From NCBI RefSeq assembly GCF_009914755.1, contig NC_060935.1: 64,000 nucleotides of DNA. The stretch is one strand, 5' to 3'. Shown one piece after another: positions 1-16,630 of the stretch; the first letter of the stretch is position 1, and the number at the start of each line of letters is the position of its first letter. The notes beneath the pieces are model-generated. The model was given only the letters and a program-made list of their open reading frames with translations, had not been told where the DNA came from and did not search any database. A program made the translations under genes and the position numbers. Source of the DNA: the human T2T-CHM13v2.0 reference genome, Homo sapiens.

Positions 1-1902
1 ATATCTCCTCTCTTCCTTGATGTCCCTGGTCCTGGGCATCCTCACAGCCCACTGGGCAGCCTTTCCTGCTCTCAGACCCATGACATCATCTCCACTCCTC
101 TGATACCCCATTTAGATGCTTATGGGTTTGCTGGGCTTCCAGGGAGGGACTAGACCTCCTGGTGACTGCTGTGGATTTTTAACCAGGTCTGGGTGAGAGT
201 GCCCTTAAATTAGTCCACCTGGGGAGAGAGTTCTCACAGGACATTGGGCAGCCAGGAGCAGGTGTGAATTGTTTGGAGGCTGTTAGAGCAGGTCGATTTT
301 CAGGGCGTCTACAGATATGAAGACCTGTTTGGATTCACAAATTCAATCTGTGTAGCTGTGGTGTGTCCCCTCATAGCACCTGAGAAGGACAGTATGGAAG
401 CTGGCTCTTGTGTGTGTCCTGGGAGAGCCACTGTAGCCAAATGGAAACTTATTTATTGCATCTCCCAGTTGGTACTGGGTTGCTTTAGTTGAGTCTCCAT
501 CTCTGTAAAAATAGTTGTAAAGTTAATTTTGTCCCTCTCTGGTCAGCAGTGGCTATTTAATGTGTGTGTGTACATCTGAGATAGGGCTAAAATAAATAAA
601 ATGGTCATAGCAAGGAGCAGACGGATAGGGGGAGGAATAGTCCAACTGTCCCTGGTGGGTTTTCCATTATCTGTGGGCTTTGAATTACCTTTAGAGTTGC
701 TGCCTTAGAAACATCTAGGCAGGTTGGAGTGTGTGCATCTTTCATGTTACATTAAGCATCATCTTTTTAGCATAGATTTCACTTTGACCCAAGTGTTGCC
801 AGAAACAGGGCTGGTCCTTTTTCCTAATGTCAACTAGATGCTCCTGGGCTCCCAGCCCATAAGAAAAGCCTGTTTGGTTCAGTTTGGGTTTCATAGCCAG
901 ACCAGAGACCCTACCCCTCCATCCCATGGCCTATGCTTGGATCCTCTTCTGGGAAGTTGATAAAACAAGAGAGATTGTAAAAGCCAAGACTTTGGATCTC
1001 TGTCTCCATCTGATAGTCTGTGAAAGAATCCCAGGGTCAAGGTTGAACCGTAGTTAGAGTCCTGAGTCTTTGTGGGGCTGGAAAGCCACTGACATTCCAA
1101 GAGCAGTTTGGAGGCCTTTTTTATTCAGGAACCTTCTCAGACACCTTGCATATTTTTTTCTTCCTTTGTTTTTATTTGTGTTAGGGAAGTGAAGCATTGA
1201 TTTTCACCGTTACTATTTTTTAATGTATCCTGCGAGAGAGACTAAGCCCAAGTCATGTCATCTGATGTCCAGTTTTCCTGCATGTGGGTGGACTCAGTGG
1301 GTTTAAGTGCGTATGGCTTGAGACATTTCTAAAGGCAGCCATGCTGGATGATGGTCCATCTTCTCACCTCCTCCAGGACTGACCTTTGCCTAGACTTCCT
1401 GACATTCTGTATCAGTGAAAAGGCTTGATTTTCCCAGGAGTGAGTGTACTCCCAGGAGTGAGTATTGACCTTTTCTCCTGGAAAGATCTGCTTAACGGTG
1501 TGAGGGGTGGGTTTTATTGTTTTTAACTTGCTGAGTAGCTGTGCACATCTCAGCACAGCTCAGCTCGGGAAGATGAGGCCTAAAAGAGGCCTTGTACACC
1601 AGAGTACAAATAAACACACCTTGTTGCTTTTCATCTTCAAAGAGATGTGACTAAGGCTCCCTACTGGGGTGTGAGATGTTTTTTCCTGACAGCCGACTTA
1701 GGCCATTTACTCTGGGATAAGTGGGGGAGGGAGAGAGATGGGAGTAGGAGAGGGTGGGGTGGTAAATTCTGGGCCTTGAAGAGTGGTTTAGACACCTTTC
1801 AGCCAGTCTGCAGGATAAGTTGAAAGTGGACTTGTATTGTCACCTTTGTAAAGCAGTTTAGAGAATTTGGAGTTTAGGAACACTTATAATCAAGTAATTT
1901 CA

Positions 1903-2211
<309 letters not shown>

Positions 2212-3129
2212 AAAGAATTGGCCTTTACAACCTTGCCTGTTTCTGTGGGCAAGGGAAAGAGAGGGAACCCACTATCAGTGAAGCATCTCCTGTGTGTGAG
2301 ATGCTTTGCTCATTACTTTAAGCACATGATCCCATTGAAACTTGCCAAGGATATCATGTGGCAGGAAATCATTGTATGGTTCAGGAGAGATTGATAATAC
2401 CCAGGGTACCACAGTAAAGGCTGAAGCCTAGATTCTAACTTAAGCTTCTCTTTGCCCCCTACCTGGGCTTTTCCCACTCTGTTTCCAGGCTTCCTGCACC
2501 ATGCTTCCATGCCTTTCCTCCACAGTGCTCTTGCGAATTGACACAGTGAGATTGTTTACATGAATGCTCCCCCTCCCCAAATCTGTTCACTTTGTGGTCA
2601 CTGCCCAGGATCTATTCAGCAGAGACATCAGCTTTCTTTGCAGGATACTTTGGTGTTCATGGTAAATACATAAAATACATCTCAATCCTTATGTGAAGAT
2701 GAAACTTTTTCAGACTAACTCTGGTCCTTTTGCTGTGTGTGTGGGTGAGTGACAAACACTAGGCGGGGAGATGATACCAGCCAGGGTTCGATTTCTTGAC
2801 CCGAATTGTAGTTACATGGGGGTTCGTTTTCATTCTTTGAGCTCTAAATTCGTATTCCCCTCTTAAAATGTGTTTATTGTATTTTAGAATTAAAAAAATA
2901 AGGTACTTTCCACCATGGAGATGCCTTGGAGTGATGGAACTGTTTTTAGCTATGGGATTGCCCCAGGGATGGATCTATTTTTGGTTGTTGGGTTTTCTTG
3001 TTTGTTCTTTTCCCCTCTTTCTGTCTTCAAAATATTTAGGAAATGCTTGGACCATTCTAACCATGCAGTTTTGTTGTTGTTTTGCCAGTGCCTCTACCTG
3101 ACAACCAGGGAGATTTTTAAGTTGGCTGA

Positions 3130-3131
<2 letters not shown>

Positions 3132-3164
<33 letters not shown>
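3132..3164. repeat. (TG)n microsatellite
   Basis: Uninterrupted TG dinucleotide run. Confidence 0.97.
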
Positions 3165-3165
<1 letters not shown>

Positions 3166-3456
3166 ACATGCACACATGTGCATATGTATGTAACTGCCTT
3201 CTTCTATTGTTGTGAAAAAATCTACTCACTTGGATGCTAAGGAGTACCTTGAAGATGTTTGCTGGGAGAGCAGCCAGGTACTTTTGATATGCCGTATTTG
3301 CTCGTCACATCATTGGCTTGATGTTTAATACATCTTAATATAGTACGTGGACTTTTATGACAGAGTAACTGCTTGGTCGGGGGAGAGCAAAAGTTTACTT
3401 GAGATAGGATTCTTAGGGCTTTTGGAGGTGGTTGCAGGGATGGGGTTAGTCTCGGG

Positions 3457-3654
3457 CAGGGTTTCTCAGCTTTGGTACCAACGACACCTTGGCCTGGATA
3501 GTTCTTTGTTGTGGGGGTTGTCCTGTGCATTGCGGGATGGTCACAGCAGCATCACTAGTTCTTGATGCCTGTATTGGCTTACTCTTCACCCACAGCGGTG
3601 ACAGCCACAAATGCCTCCCGACATTGCCACGTTGCCCCTAGTTGAGAACCCCTG
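3457..3654 (-). mobile_element. MER20-like hAT-Charlie non-autonomous DNA transposon
   Basis: TIRs cagggtttctca / ttgagaacccctg; internal ttctttgttgtggggg..tgtcctgtgcattg and gacattgcca match recalled MER20. Confidence 0.85.
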
Positions 3655-3691
3655 GTCTAGCATGAGCAAGTGTCCTTGCCATGCATCTTGA

Positions 3692-3748
3692 GCATCATTA
3701 CTGTGCATCATTACTGTGCATCATTACTGTGCATCATTACTGTGCATC
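3692..3748. repeat. 13-bp minisatellite (gcatcattactgt) x4.4
   Basis: Four perfect copies plus a partial fifth, read directly. Confidence 0.97.
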
Positions 3749-5495
3749 CTGAGTGTGTCTTCTGGATGCAGGGGGTCAAGATGCCATCCTCCTCCCAAGG
3801 GCCTTTGGGCTTTGGCTTTATGTTTTGTAGCCACACAGTTCCATGGGAAAACCCATTCTTAACCAGGAATGCCGTCAGCACTGACCCTTTCCCTCTCGCT
3901 TTCCTCTTGTGTCAGAGTGAAAACTTCTGGAATTTTCTATATGTGGTTTCCTTGGGAGAGACATATGCAGAGAAAGCAGGTGATAGGCAGGTGACAGCTG
4001 ACACCAAAAGCCACCTGGTTCCCTGAATGTTAAACCTGGGAGGTTCAGCAGCCCTGAGGGAGGGCTATAGGAGCACAAGCTGCCAGATTGCCTTGGAAGT
4101 CTTGTGTTGAAATCCTAACCCTGGAAGTTCCCCTTCCTCCACTTCACAGAGTAGGTATTGTTCTTCTGGGCTCCCCTTTCCCTCCCCATAATTCCTTCTC
4201 CCTTGCCATCAAAAGGCCTTACAACTTGATTCGTTCTGCAGGTGCTTGGGAAAATCATCTCTACTAGCGGCAAGCTGTGTGTGTGTGTTTTTAGAAGTTT
4301 TCATCGTACACTTTTTTCTCTAAAGTCTCTTTGTTGCTCTGTGTCACTTTATAACACTTCAGTTCCTTTAAGACACTTTTCCTTCCAGCTGTCGTTTTGC
4401 TTTGCTCTGTTCCAAACCTTCCTTAAGAATTGTGCTTCCACCTCTCTTCAGACTAGCCACATAACTTATCTGCAGCTGTCTTCTTTTGGGCATGAATTCA
4501 CAGGATGCAAGGTGGCACCCAGAGGAGGACGATGGCTTCCTGGGGAGAAATGCACATTGTTTCAGTTCAGGTCCATTTATCTGAAACCATGCCCTCTTGG
4601 AAAAGCCTTCTGTAGTGAGGAGCTTTAGCTTCCTGAGTGTGCAAATGTCATTTTCTTTGTCTTTGGATAGTTAGCAATTTCTTAATATTTTATTTGGTTG
4701 TTCGTCATTGTGCCATCATCTCTGCCACACCCAGGCACTGTGTCTATTTCCAGGGGTAGGCGAAGCCATGTAAAACTTGTTCTTTGCCCTTGAAGACCCA
4801 AATGACCCACTGATGGAAATGGGATTGTTGACCTTCTTCGTTATCTGGGAAGGGTAGAGGCTCTCTGCCAGTGTAATCTCGGAGGCATTTCTAGACAGGA
4901 GTTGTACTGATGGATCTTGGACCTTGATGGGAACACAGAGCCGTGAAGATGTCACAGTGCCCAGGCAAACATGGGTACTGCGTCTTCAGGGATATTTAAT
5001 CAATGTGTCATTCTTGAACAGGTTTCAGAGGTGATGACACATGTCCTAGTTTGCTTCTTTAGCTTTCAAGATAAAATACTGGTATACGTGTATTGGTGCT
5101 CTGTGACTTTTCTAGCTCTAGGCTTCTGAGGTTTGAGCTAGAAATGTCTTCTGTGGCTTTTGGACAATAGCCTTCTTTACCTTATGGTCATACACAGTAT
5201 ATATGTGTATGTGTGTATGTGTATGTGTATGTCTGTGTATACCCTGGTTATATATATATACTGTATATGTAAAACCTTTCTTACCTTCTAAATCCTGCTA
5301 GATTGAAAGCTCCTTGAGGGACTGGGATCATATATTAAGTGTCTGTGATACTTTTTCTTTTGTGGTGTCTAGAAGAGTGAGAGTGGCTCCCATTCATTGA
5401 AGGTTTACTCTGTCTGGCAGGGTGGCAAGCACTGTACGTGTCTTATTTTGTTATAAACTTCTTGAATTACAAACACTGCAAAAATAATACACGGG

Positions 5496-5868
<373 letters not shown>

Positions 5869-6789
5869 TTAAAATCCTCCTTCATCTTCCTTTCCCATTT
5901 CTCTCCCCTCCCTTAAGTAACTACTGTGAATTGTCTGGTATATATCAATTTAGCTTTAACATGGATTTATAATTATATACAGGTACACACACACAGAGAC
6001 ATAATTTAATGAGCTCCTGCTTGTCTCTATTTGTAGTTTTTTGGCTGGCTTTTTAACTCAAGTACTATATTTCATCAATTTTATTTTGAGCCATGTGAAT
6101 GCGTCACATCTGTCTCCTGTTGTTTAGACATTTCAGTTAGTCCCAAGCAATTTGGCAGTTTCCCTCACCTTCCCTTGCTTTGCTCGGCTCTTGAACAGAC
6201 ACCCCTTTTGTTGCTATCTCAGAAGCACAGCTGATACACCTTCAGTTATTTGTGTTTTCCTCTTTTAATTCTCTTAAAGGGCTGGCTCTTGCTTTGCAAG
6301 AAAATATGGAATTATGGTAATTTCTTGCAGTGAGAGATATTTGCTTCACTATTATCAAATTCATGCTGTTTCCCTGCCTCTTTGTGTATACACAAATGTG
6401 TTTAATTTTTCATTTCAATGCCACATTTTAACATCATCTTTTGAAGGACATTCTAAATAGCAGGTCACTTCAACCTGTGTAGTACCAGCCATGCACATAA
6501 CTGGAGGGAAGTGACGAAATAGGAACAGCTGTGACCAAGTTTACCCAGGCACTGCCAGTGACCAATAAATCACAGCTTCCGCCCACCCTGTGCTTTTAGA
6601 AGATGCAGTTGGCCATTAGGTACATCCTGATGTCAGAGATGTTACAACATCAAATAAAAGTGTCTTCTTGGCCATCTTTCTTTCGGCTCTTATATACCTA
6701 CCCATGCTTTTAAAAACAGCTTTCTGGTGTGTGTACATACTATAATTTATTTAATGCTTTCCCTGCTGGTGGATCTTATTTCATTTTCA

Positions 6790-6945
6790 GAGTAGTTTAT
6801 TCAGGTGGGTAGTATGCTTTACCGTTTTATAGATGAGGAAACTAAAAGGTTCAGTAACTTTCCTAAACCTTCGACCAGTAAGAGATAGTTTCAGAATTGG
6901 CACGTGGGTCTGCGTGACTTAGACTTGGTCTCCTAACCACTGGCC
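6790..6945 (-). mobile_element. MIR fragment
   Basis: MIR core ttttatagatgaggaaact..gttcagtaactt. Confidence 0.7.
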
Positions 6946-8419
6946 CTGCTGCTTTGGTATAGAATAGAAATCCAAGTCTGTATGTGTTGGGAGAAGAATT
7001 GCACCGTCTACCTTGTGCTGGAGAATTCCAGCATTGCATAGGGATGTCAATATTGACTTCATGCTTATCGTGTTGGATAGAATGATTTGTTAGAGAGCCA
7101 TTGGAGTGGGGGGCATCTCAAGTTGATTCTACTCAAATGGCCTGTCTTTGGCAGATAGAAACTGCTGTTCTCCTATGTGGAGAACGTATCAGTATAGGTG
7201 TTGAAATTGGCTTTTGCAAAGACTGAATTTATTAAACAAAAATAAGAATAAACAAGTTATTTCAGCACCATGACACTTGCCTTTGAATATATTAATGATA
7301 GAGATAATTCTTCCCCCCTTTATGGGAATATTTTGTTGGAATACCAACCAAAAGCAATTTCTTTTCAGCACTTCCCTCAAATAGTGCTGGGTGCCAAATA
7401 GAAGGGCCCACTGTTCAAAAAGTCTGGAAATATATTTTCTAGACAAAGATACAGTACTGATGATAATGCCTCGTATCAAAAGAGAAATTAAAGTATTTTT
7501 AGAATTACTTTCTGACCCTGAGCTTAAGCTTATATGGTCCATGTATGAGAGAACATTTCCTGAACTAGAGATTGATGTTCTTTATTGTGGAAGCTGAAAT
7601 TTTAATATGTTGCTCCAGAAAGAAACTAGAAATAATTGGCCCCATCTTGTTGCTTCAAACTAAGGGGCTCTTGTGCGAAAGTAGGCAGTGATGTCTTGTG
7701 AGAAAGTAATGCCACAGGCCTGTAAAGTGTTAGCTACAGGCAGAGCAGAGTGAACCCCAGGATTTTAAACTTACTCCCAAGGCCTTTCCAGAGACCTGAG
7801 AACCGGACTCTCCTTTTGTTGAGTCATTGTGATATCAAGAGACAGGTGATAAATTGGGTGAATTCGCTGTTGCCCAAATCCAACTGTGATTTTTGACAGA
7901 CAAATAGCGCAGTGTGCAGACGATGTTGTCTCTGTCCTGGCGAGCGGCCACGGGGAGGGAGGGCAGGCCCTTTAGCTTACTCTGGAACAGGCCTTGGGCA
8001 TCCGGGTGCTGCAAGGATGTGGAATTTATGAATAACTTGATTTAGAAGACTTGCATACCCAAGGTGCCAGTGTTCCAGGTGGCAGTGGGACACTTATGTG
8101 TTTGTTGGCATAAAGAAATGAAAGCATAAAGGGTGTTTAATTTTATTGCATTAAAAATCCCTTCTCATTATTATAAGACCGAGTGAGTTTGGCTTAGCGA
8201 ATGTCAGAAGTGTGTCCTCTTTGATGGCATTACTGGAACATTTTCCTTCAGCTTTAGCCTTGAATCAGAGCAGTGTTCTCCAGGCGTCGTTAAACTAATT
8301 GGACATGGCTGAAAAATGAGCCCTAGTCACACTTGTAGTTCCACAGTCCGTTGAAAAAAGCCTCTTGATTGATTTGGAAAGTTCTAAATTTAACTTGTTT
8401 TTTTATTATAAAAATAAAA

Positions 8420-10560
<2,141 letters not shown>

Positions 10561-10898
10561 GCAGTGGGAATGGTGGGTGGGACTGACCAGTTCCTTGGGG
10601 AGCCCCCAGGGGCCTTTCCTACACACCTGCTCCCTGGATCTACAGAAGTGCTCACTCATGGAAGCTATGGGGATAAAATCCTTCCTGCTAATGAGATGAG
10701 AAGGTTGATTAACTTTGAGTTGGGCTTAGTGAGTCTGACACCAGTGGCTGCCCAAGGGGAGTCTGCTGGTGGGAATTTACAAGAGCAGCTTCGGGCCTCT
10801 CATATGGATGGAAAGAGGATGTAAAGGTTACTGAGGAGAAGGTGTATTTTTGTTATATATTATTAAGCTTTCATGTTATTTAAATTATTCGATAACAG

Positions 10899-11030
10899 AG
10901 CTGGGTATGGTGGCTCATGCCTGTAATTCCAGCTACTCCGGAGGCTGAGACAGGAGGATCGCTTGAGGCCAGGAGTGGAGACCAGCCTGTGCAACATAGC
11001 AAGACCCCCATCTCTAAAAATAAAATTCAA
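10899..11030 (+). mobile_element. Free left Alu monomer (FLAM-like)
   Basis: Single ~130-bp monomer ending in an A-rich tail, no right arm. Confidence 0.85.
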
Positions 11031-11110
11031 AATAATTATTAGAAAACATTTTCCTGGTTGAATATAGTGTATTTTCTCTTTTAAGATTTTACAATATGGA
11101 TTGTGTAGAG

Positions 11111-11228
11111 CTTTGCTACTCTTAGTGTGGTTGACAGACCAACAGCATCAGCATCACCTGAATCAGAATCTGCATTTTAACAAGATCCCCAAGTGATACA
11201 TGTGCATATTAAAGTTTGAGAGGCATTG
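11111..11228 (+). mobile_element. MER5A1-like hAT element with internal deletion
   Basis: cagcatcagcatcacctg joined to aatcagaatctgcattttaacaagatcccc..aaagtttgaga. Confidence 0.8.
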
Positions 11229-11229
11229 A

Positions 11230-11746
<517 letters not shown>

Positions 11747-12208
11747 ACACTTTATTTATAATTGCTCACTAAATGTTATTGATTAGTAATAGGTTTATTA
11801 TAAAAACTTGGACAAAAGGTAGAAACACATAACATACAGTCTACCACCTAAAGATTTTTAACACATTGGTTTATTTATTTATATTGATTTTAGATAGTTT
11901 TGATCATACGTGGAATATAATTTCATGTCCTGCTTTTTTCACTTCTGAATATAGCATAGACGTTTTCCCATGTTACACTAATCTACGAGTACAAGAAGTC
12001 TCCCATCACAGAATGCTGGGTGTATTCTTTGATGTTGGCTGTAAAAATCATCTGACCCACCCAAGCCAGCAACATGCTGCCTCACAGCTTATATCCTTGT
12101 CTATATGTAGGAGATGACATTACCTGGCCCCTCTGCTTTTACATGATGGTCATGAGAATCCAGTTGGAATCGTGTAGGATGTAAAAACAGCTAGTAAAAA
12201 GTAAAATG

Positions 12209-12492
12209 AGCTGGGTGCGGTGGCTCATGCCTGTTATCCCAGCACTTTGGGAGGCTGAGGCAGGTGGATCACCTGAGCTCAGGAGTTTGGGCTGGGCAGC
12301 CTGGGCAACATGGCGAAACCTCGTCACTACTAAAAATACAAAAATTAGCCGGGCACAGTGGTGTGCATCTATAGTCTCAGGTAGGAGGCTGAGACAGAAG
12401 AATCGCTTGAACCCAGGAGACGGAGGTTGCATGGAGCTGAGATCGTGCCATTGCGCTCCAGCCTGGGTGACAGAGTGAGACCTTATCTCAAA

Positions 12493-12524
<32 letters not shown>

Positions 12525-12527
12525 AAA
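12209..12527 (+). mobile_element. Alu (old, AluJ/S-like)
   Basis: Dimeric Alu with long A/AAAAG tail. Confidence 0.93.
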
Positions 12528-12589
12528 TACAATGCCGTACACATCTGTGTTATTTTAAGTGGGTGATTCTAATATGTAGGAAATCCCTA

Positions 12590-12810
12590 AAAACAGAAAT
12601 TACCCGTTGACTCCACAATTCCACTTCTAGCACTTTAACTCAGTGAAATAGTTTGCAATGTGTACAAAAGTTTGGCAATGAGGATACCTGTGTTTGTGGC
12701 AGTATCATTTATAGTGGTGAAACACTGGAGACTAACAAAATGCTCACTAGTAGGGGAGAGTTATCGTGCCAGTATACTAAAATACTATGCAGACATTAAG
12801 AAGGATGTCA
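12590..12810 (+). mobile_element. L1ME-type 3' fragment
   Basis: caattccacttctag..aatactatgcagacattaag resembles old L1 3' region. Confidence 0.6.
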
Positions 12811-12815
12811 CTGAC

Positions 12816-13022
12816 CTGTGTTCTCCAGTAAGGTGGCCACTAGCCACCTGGGGCTACTGAAATTTAAATTAGTTAAGTTTAAATACAATGTAAAAATTCA
12901 GTTTCTCAGTCACACCCAGCCTATTTCAGATGCTCAATAGTCCCATGTGGCTGATGGGATTGGATAGCACAGACACAGAGCATTTCTGTCATTGAGGAAA
13001 GTTCTAATGGACAGTGTTACTG
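12816..13022 (+). mobile_element. MER3-like hAT element
   Basis: gtggccactagccac..aaattcagtttctcagtc..gctcaatag..aaagttctaatggacag. Confidence 0.82.
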
Positions 13023-14333
13023 TAGAATAATTCTTCCACGGAAAGAAAATTCTTACGAAACAGATGATTCAAATTTGTAGTGTGTATGTGTGTGAGGTAC
13101 AAATTGCCCCATGGTGCTTGGTGCCCAGCACTTCATTTCTTTATTTTCTTCTGTTCAGTCCAATCTGGCCGTAGTAGTCCCCACTCACTAAAAGCTAGAG
13201 ATCTGATGTCAGTCACCTCGAAGAATTGACCTTTGGTGTAGGTCAATTCTTGAGGGCCCTCCTTTTCCTGTAGGCTCTCTCAGGACTCCTGGGTGCCTGG
13301 TCTGATCATTGGTGTTACTATTGCATTTTGTTCCAAAGCCTGTTGTTGCCCAGCCTTGGATCTTCTTTTCTTCCAATTTCTTCAGTCCACCTTTTCCCAT
13401 CAATTAACTACCCCCTACATTTTACAGCAGTGATATTCAAGGGTTGGGGAAGAGGAAGCCACTCTTCCTCTCCCTCATTGAGATCGATGGGAGAGTGTTA
13501 CCTAGGGGGTGGAAAAAAGACTGAAAACCATACTACATGAGTACAAGGTGACAACCACCCCAGACCTTGATTCACGTGTGCAGACGTGCGCTGCTCTCGT
13601 CTAGATTGCAGACCCTCCTGGAAACTTTGCAAGAAGGCTCTGTGGTCACTGGACCCTCCATCCCCTGCCCCTCCCAGCAGCATTGGGCCTCCAGGCTCCC
13701 AGGCCTTGCCACACGGGTGAACTGATACAAATCAAGATGGTGTCGGTACCATAGTGATCCCTGTTTCTTGCTGGCTTTTTTAGCACATGATTCTGGTCAG
13801 CCTGATGGAGAAGGAACGCCGTCTCCCAGCTCGCAACTTTTCCCACAGCTCAGCGCAGCCGTATGGATTGTGTGCTCTTGTTTGCTGTCTGGTCTCACTA
13901 TTAATTAAGGATATGACTGTGTTTGCAGACAGTTTATCAGAGAAAGCTTCCTGTTCACCCTCTGAAACCTGGCTAGTGAATCTCCTATTCTAGAAAAGTG
14001 TCCTCCCATCTTCAACTCCCAATCAGAGAATTAATCTCTGACTTCTTAATGGCTGCCTGTAACTTGTATTTGTTCGTGTAGAACTTAACACACAGTATTG
14101 CAGTTTATTTATGCTTGTTCTCTATACTTGAATGTTTATTAAGCCTAGATGATTATAAGATTAACTTGGGTGCTTTAAAATATATTTTTAATTACTTTAA
14201 ATTATTGAATCTTCCGAATAGCGTAAAAGATCTGAGAACAGTATAACAAACAGTAGTGTACCTATCATATAGATTTATCAGATTTTTAATATATGTCATT
14301 ATAATTCAGGCTTTCCTCTTAAAAGAAAAATGT

Positions 14334-14633
<300 letters not shown>

Positions 14634-14649
14634 AAAAGAAAAATGTATT

Positions 14650-15260
14650 ACAGATAGAGTCAAAGACTTTGCCTCATCCCATTACTCTCTCTTGGCCCAG
14701 AGGTCATCACTATCCCCAAATTGGCATATATCCTTTCTGTCCCTGTTTTTAGTCTTTTGCTACTGATGTGCACTTACATCCCTTGCATAGGATTTTAAAG
14801 TGTGCTTAGGTGGCTATCAAATGGCCTACGCTTCTGCAGCTGGCTTTTTTCATTTACCTTTATAATTTTGAGTTCCATCCCATTTATAATTTTGAGTTCT
14901 ATCCACATTGCCACATACAGATACAGTTTATTTTAGCTGCGGTAGAATATCCTATTATATGAATATACTACACTTTGCTCATTCATCTCTTAAAAGGATA
15001 TTTAGATTATTACTATGACTAGCCACACTGCAGTGAAAATTTTTGTGCATAATAGCAGGACTTTCTCTATAATAATATCCTTGAAGTAGAATTGCTGATC
15101 AAAGGATTTGCACGTTTTCAACCTGAGTAGATATTGCCAACTTCTCTATAAAATGGTCCTGCCCATTTATCCTCTCATTAGTGGTTTATGAGAGCATCTG
15201 TTTCTCCACTTTTCTTCCAACATTTGGAATTTAGAGTTTTTAATTTGTTTCTCCAAGGTG
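14650..15260 (-). mobile_element. L1ME-type 3' fragment
   Basis: Antisense old-L1 motifs (gaagtagaattgctg..caaagg, gatattgcca, tttctccac). Confidence 0.6.
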
Positions 15261-15278
15261 CAAGGTGGTGACTTGCTG

Positions 15279-15587
15279 TGTTTTGTTTTGTTTTGTTTGT
15301 TTATTTTTGAGACAGAGTCTCGCTCTGTCGCCCAGGCTGGAGTGCAGTGGCGCGATCTCGGCTCACTGCAACCCCCCGCCTGTTGGGTTCAAGCAGTTCT
15401 CTGCCTCAGCCACCTTAGTAGCTGGGATTATAGGCTTGTGTTCCCACATCTGGCTAATTTTTGTATTTTTAGTAGAGACGGAGTCTCACCATGTTGGCCA
15501 GGCTGGTCTTGAACTCCTGACCTCATGATCCGCCCGCCTCGCCTCCCAAAGTGCTGGGATTACAGGCGTGAGCCACCGTGCCCGGCC
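15279..15587 (-). mobile_element. Alu (AluS-like)
   Basis: Reverse Alu with (TTTTG)n tail, ends cccggcc. Confidence 0.95.
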
Positions 15588-16019
15588 TGCTTTGGTTTTA
15601 ATTTGCCTGCCCCTGATGACTGGTCAGGGGAGTGGTGGGCTGTGGCCAGGCCTGTTCCCTCATCTCCCGCTGAGGTGGATAATGGATGGGGAACCCCAAG
15701 GCCATTCATGACAGGCAGTTAAGAGGCGGTTGTTCTACTGTTGGCATGGCATGAACGTCCAGGCCCCAGCTCTGGACCGTAGGACTGGGTGATAAGGTCT
15801 CATTCTGCTGGAGATCAGAATGTTTCCCAATTGTGTGGATTCTGGTGCCCCCGTGGCTCAGCGTATAGAAGGCAGTGAGCGTCAGCCATGTGCTCCTCCT
15901 CCCTGGAGGGTGTCTCATTCTGTGATGCTGGGACCATTCATCCAGGGTGCACTGCTGCAAGAAGATAAGCAAAGCAGTGGTGAGCCCTTTTCTAGGCTCC
16001 GCTTCCACTGGAGGTGTGG

Positions 16020-16260
16020 GAGAGTGATGGTTCAGAAGGCAGGCTCTTGAACCAAACAGTCTGAGGTCAGATCCTGGCTGCGTGACCTTACTTAGGCCAG
16101 TTACAGAGCTGCTCTGCCTCAGTGTGTTCTTTACCTGTAAAAGGAGGATAAGGTTAATAGCAGCCTCACAGCATTCTTGGGGAGAGTAGACAAGATCATG
16201 AATGCAGGTTGCTTAGCCCATGCTGGCATTTCAGGAGCACTCACCACATGCTTACCAATC
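16020..16260 (+). mobile_element. MIR
   Basis: gctgcgtgacctt..tctgcctcagt..ctgtaaaaggaggataa core. Confidence 0.65.
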
Positions 16261-16435
16261 CATGCCGAGACTAGGGTTGAGGGCTGGGAGTGTCATTTAT
16301 CTCAAACCCCCAGTGCCTAGCTTGTTGAATAAATGAATGAGTTTCTACTTAGTGACTTCTCAGTTGTGCTTTGGTTTGTACAGCAGGCTATGTAAAGCTT
16401 TTGCATTTTACTCTAACAACAATGAGAATATTAAA

Positions 16436-16630
16436 ATTTTTTTAAAATTTAAAATTTTTGTGTGTACAGAGTAGGTGCATATTTACGGGGTACATGAGAT
16501 GTTTTGATACAGGCATGCAGTGTTTCATAATCACATCATGGAGAATGGGGTATCCATTCCCTCAAGCATTTATCCTTTGTGTTACAAACGATCCAATTAT
16601 ACTCTTTTAGTTATTTTAAAATGTACAATG
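16436..16630 (-). mobile_element. L1MA-type 3' end fragment
   Basis: gggtacatgagatgttttgatacaggcatgc..aatggggtatccat..cctcaagcatttatcc. Confidence 0.85.

Noticed and set aside
1432-1463. Short imperfect tandem duplications (period 18 here, period 24 at 14859-14906)
   Set aside because: Ordinary slippage products with no sign of function
3692-3748. CRISPR-like array
   Set aside because: Head-to-tail repeats without spacers in eukaryotic DNA
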